NCBI GenBank assembly: GCA_038144595.1
Contig: JAYQOB010000005.1
Coordinates: 13,689 to 77,688, forward strand
DNA: 64,000 bases
Reading direction: 5' to 3'
DNA from: Candidatus Poseidoniales archaeon
GTDB lineage: Archaea; Thermoplasmatota; Poseidoniia; Poseidoniales; Poseidoniaceae
Part shown: positions 60,789-64,000 of the stretch, in pieces
Layout of the letters: each line of letters opens with the position of its first letter
Position numbering within the stretch: position 1 is the stretch's first letter
Notes under the pieces: model-generated
Database searches by the model: none
Told to the model about the DNA's origin: nothing
The model's input: the letters and a program-made list of their open reading frames with translations, nothing else
Translations under genes and position numbers: made by a program

Positions 60789-61295
60789 ATGGAATCGTTG
60801 GCAGGGCTTCAGAACCATCCACTCGCCAGCCAATACCCGTGCAGAACACCGGTGTGGTGGGCAAGGGTGGGCGATGTCCACAAAGACCCAAGCCTCAGAG
60901 GCGTGAGCGGCCGAATGATCGTCCTGCGGATTCCAAAACAATTTGGGCGAATTGAAGGCTGGTTTGCAAAGGTCCTCCGGGCACCAAAAGAGATACGACG
61001 ACCATTGGACCAGATGAACAGCTTGCTTTGGGAACTCTGCGACGGATCCCGGACATTTGGCGAGATTTGTCAAGTGATGGACGAGGTGTTCCACGAAAGC
61101 ATTGCACCTGTCATCCAGCGAACAGCCGCAGCCATTGGACTGTTCCAATCCAGGAATTTGGCGCTGATGCTCGATGAACCCCTCAACGGACGTTGGACGG
61201 TGGGGCCCGGGAAAACGCCCGACCATCAGTCGCTCACGCCTTCACCGCAGGAACACGGTTACGATGCTGAACCACTCGATGGCGAAGCATCCTGA
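60789..61295 (+). CDS. Stand-alone PqqD/RRE-like winged-helix protein
   Basis: LDQMNSLLWELCDGSRTFGEIC motif typical of the PqqD family. Confidence 0.7.
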   Translation: MESLAGLQNHPLASQYPCRTPVWWARVGDVHKDPSLRGVSGRMIVLRIPKQFGRIEGWFAKVLRAPKEIRRPLDQMNSLLWELCDGSRTFGEICQVMDEVFHESIAPVIQRTAAAIGLFQSRNLALMLDEPLNGRWTVGPGKTPDHQSLTPSPQEHGYDAEPLDGEAS

Positions 61296-62062
61296 TCGGG
61301 GGACGGTTGCTCGTCATATGGAGCCCAAACAAGTCGGAACCCCAAGCCATCACTGACCTTGTCGTGGGCTGCGAATGAACGCGAACGGCTGCGCGTTGAA
61401 TCGCTTTCCGTGAACCATGCACCGCCCCGGACAACATACTGAGAAGAACCGTCGCTGGCGTGTGGTCGCTGGGTCCTGCCACCTTCGTACGTTTTTGCCC
61501 AGTGGTCGCTGCACCATTCGTTGACGAGCCCGTTCATGTCGTACAAACCCCATGGATTTGGTTTTTTCAGGCCAACTTCACGAGTTGAGCCACCAGAATT
61601 ACCAGCATGCCAACCGTGCTCATCGAGTTCAACGTCTTTATCGCCAAACCACCAGCGACCGGAGGTTCCAGCACGAGCAGCGTATTCCCACTCGGCTTCG
61701 GAAGGTAGACGCCATTCGCCCATCAATCCAAGGTGCAATTGACCTTTTGTACGCTCATTTAAGCGGTGGATGAACTGCATGACATCATCGTGACTCACTT
61801 GCTCGACAGGCCGGAGGCCTGCGCTCCATCCGTCTTGAAATTTTGAGGGGTTCGAATCCATCACATCCAACCATTGTGCCTGCGTCACCGGTCGCTCTGC
61901 AAGAAAAAATGGTTCGTTGATCGAGACTTCAGACGCCGGTCGTTCATTGGGATGGCTCCGGGGAGTTTCGTCCCCCATCGTGAACACCCCCGGTTCAACA
62001 AGACGGTAAACAGAACCGTACTGGTCCGTGAACGACGGGTTCGGCGCGTCGGATGAATTCAT
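61259..62062 (-). CDS. FGE-sulfatase (SUMF1-like) domain protein
   Basis: FTMG, PVTQAQW, PVEQVS, RLPSEAEWEYAARAG, PNPWGLYDM, VRGGAW, GFRL; catalytic FGE Cys pair not evident. Confidence 0.88.
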   Translation of the reverse strand: MNSSDAPNPSFTDQYGSVYRLVEPGVFTMGDETPRSHPNERPASEVSINEPFFLAERPVTQAQWLDVMDSNPSKFQDGWSAGLRPVEQVSHDDVMQFIHRLNERTKGQLHLGLMGEWRLPSEAEWEYAARAGTSGRWWFGDKDVELDEHGWHAGNSGGSTREVGLKKPNPWGLYDMNGLVNEWCSDHWAKTYEGGRTQRPHASDGSSQYVVRGGAWFTESDSTRSRSRSFAAHDKVSDGLGFRLVWAPYDEQPSPDQDASPSSGSAS

Positions 62063-62063
62063 G

Positions 62064-62612
62064 TCACGCACGCAACTTTTCTGCAGCGGTCATCACTGCT
62101 TCAACGAGCGTTTCCAATCGCCCAGAAATTGCTTCATCTTGCAGATGACCTTCGTCATTGAACGCCTCTTTGACATGACCAACAGCCAATTGTTCGGGAA
62201 CCGGCCAGCCATGGAGCCACCTCAGGGCAATCCGCATGTGATTGAGCGTGTTGGCATTGGTGACCCCGCCAAGTGTTGACATCAATCCGAAGACCTTGCC
62301 GCCTACATGTTTGTCGTACATCCAATCAAGCGTATTTTTCATCACGCCCGACATGGTCCCGTGGTATTCGGGCGATGAGAGGAAAAAGGCATCACAGGTT
62401 TCCAACAATGATTGGAAGGCCTTGACGTTTGGATGACTCCAACATCCGTCCTCACCGACCAGCGGAAGAGGTTGCTCTGCAAGATCCCAAAACACGACCT
62501 CTGCTCCGCGCTCACTCGCCATGCTAAGCGCCTGATTGACCAACATTCCAGATTTAGAGGTCGCCCGGTACTCTCCAGCGAGTCCTAAAATTTTCAAGGG
62601 TTGTTCTGACAT
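62064..62612 (-). CDS. NAD(P)H-dependent FMN reductase
   Basis: GEYRATSKS, SPEYHGTMSGVMKNTLDW. Confidence 0.88.
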   Translation of the reverse strand: MSEQPLKILGLAGEYRATSKSGMLVNQALSMASERGAEVVFWDLAEQPLPLVGEDGCWSHPNVKAFQSLLETCDAFFLSSPEYHGTMSGVMKNTLDWMYDKHVGGKVFGLMSTLGGVTNANTLNHMRIALRWLHGWPVPEQLAVGHVKEAFNDEGHLQDEAISGRLETLVEAVMTAAEKLRA

Positions 62613-62720
62613 GCTTTCGGGACAAGGCCGCATGTCTTGAATGTAAGGTTGCCTTGTATGGTCATGGAAAAGCAAGACTTATGCGTGGTTTAACGGTGGT
62701 TTTTGGTGCGGTGATGCGTG

Positions 62721-64000
62721 ATGGATGCGAACAAGGATTCCGAAAGCGTGCCGAGCGATGAGAGCGACGCACTGGATGAAGTGGCGTTGGCCTCCGTAAA
62801 CCAGGCACTCGAAGCCGTAGAAAACGAAGAGGTGGTGGAGGAAGTTGACCAAGAGGAAGAATCGATCTCAACCACCCCGCAACGTCATTCCTGAGCTCGA
62901 GGATGTTGAAGACCCTGAAGAAATGGTCCAGGTCTTGCTCACCGTGGGTGAAGAACGCAGCCGACGAGGGGATGTCAAAGGGGCACTTGCTGCGTTCAAC
63001 AAAGCCATTGCCCTCGATCCATCGTGCGATATGGCATGGTTCAACAGAGGCGTTCTCCTCGAGGCTCAACAAGACGCCCGTGGGGCGCGACAGTCGTTCC
63101 AAATTTGCTTGGATTTGAACGATCAACACGCACCAGCAACAGCGAATCTTTCCATTTTGCTTGAGCGCATTGGAGATTTGGAAGGCGCTTACGAAATGGC
63201 AGGAAAGGCGTTGTCGTTCTTCCCCGGACACCCGGCGTTGGTGGCCCTTCAAGAGCGATGCAAGGACAGTGAGATCGCTGTTTCCATTGAAGCCATGCAA
63301 CCCTCGGTCGAAGTGACCCAAGCGGTGGACATGGCCGTTGTGGAAGAAATCGCCGAAGAGGCTGGGATCGAGAATCCCGAAGATTTGCTCAACGAGGCCG
63401 TTCATCACGACCACGATGAAGATGCTACGCTCACGGTTGAAGAACTTCAGAGCGCCGCGGAAGTGGTGGTCGCCCAGCAAGATGTGCTCCGAGAGGTCGA
63501 GCGGGCGGAACCGCAACCTGAACCTGCCCCTGAACCTCAGGAGCCAGAGATCGACCTTGATGCCTTGGTTGAATCTGCAACGAACAGCATCAAAGAAGGC
63601 CAACCCAAACAGGCCCTTGAACTGCTGAACCCGCATTTGAAAACCATCGCAGCCCAACACGCCGGTGCTTGGCGAATCGCTGGTGGAGCCATGGCACGAC
63701 TCGACCTTGACAACCACGCCATCGCAGCGATGACCCATGCGCAAAACCTCGAGCCGAGCCATGCACCAGGATGGTTCAACCTTGGTTCGGTTCAGCAACG
63801 TTCAGACCTGATTCAGGAGGCTTTGTCCAGCTACAAACGAGCCATCGAAGCGGACCCCGCCTACGAGAAGGCAGCGGAAAAGATGGCTGACTTGGCCCAA
63901 GAACACGGACGAATTGAAACCTACATGGGCGCAGCACGTTCGCTCATCAAGATGAATCCACACCACCATATTCGTGAAGCATACATTGCCATGCTCCTCC
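62721..64000 (+). CDS. TPR-repeat protein with acidic N-terminus, 3'-truncated; frameshift at ~62877
   Basis: Not in the ORF track; MDANKDSES...; after the shift ALAAFNKAIALDPSCDMAWFNRGVLL and GWFNLGSV...ALSSYKRAIEADP TPR consensus; open to the window end. Confidence 0.85.

Noticed and set aside
61259-62062. FGE/C-type-lectin-fold protein as a DGR target
   Set aside because: No reverse transcriptase and no template-repeat copy of its 3' end seen in the window.
62662-63798. 378-aa minus-strand ORF
   Set aside because: Shadow of the plus-strand TPR gene, which the ORF track missed because it runs off the window.

Overview
Core chromosomal segment of an archaeon. The archaeal r-proteins S19e/L39e/L31e/S17e, PAN, PriS, Kae1, aMBF1 and Tsr3, together with a peptide/amino-acid catabolic gene set and large acidic surface proteins, point to Marine Group II (Poseidoniales, Thermoplasmatota); this taxon call is an inference. 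The window holds about 58 CDS and tRNA-Val(GAC), and no CRISPR array or mobile element was seen. Pathways: non-oxidative pentose phosphate (split tkt, tal), futalosine menaquinone (mqnE/A/D), histidine utilisation (hutU/H/I plus split formiminotransferase/cyclodeaminase), methylmalonyl-CoA mutase/epimerase, lysine 6-aminotransferase and a preQ0 operon. Nine genes carry reading-frame shifts, mostly single-base and often in homopolymers, which most likely reflect long-read error. Top leads: (1) a stand-alone half-size deoxyhypusine hydroxylase (DOHH) homologue with both His-Glu iron motifs at the eukaryotic 33-residue spacing, a candidate homodimeric archaeal hypusination enzyme; (2) a Cys-less QueC fused to MsrB in an RHH-led preQ0 operon with a visible tandem/palindromic operator; (3) an 11-6-11 dif-like Xer site in an AT-rich patch; (4) a membrane-bound Zn-ribbon/4-EF-hand protein and an SPCA-like Ca/Mn pump; (5) a recurring TTSAARG promoter-like element. 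All family calls come from motif recognition by eye; no database searches were run.
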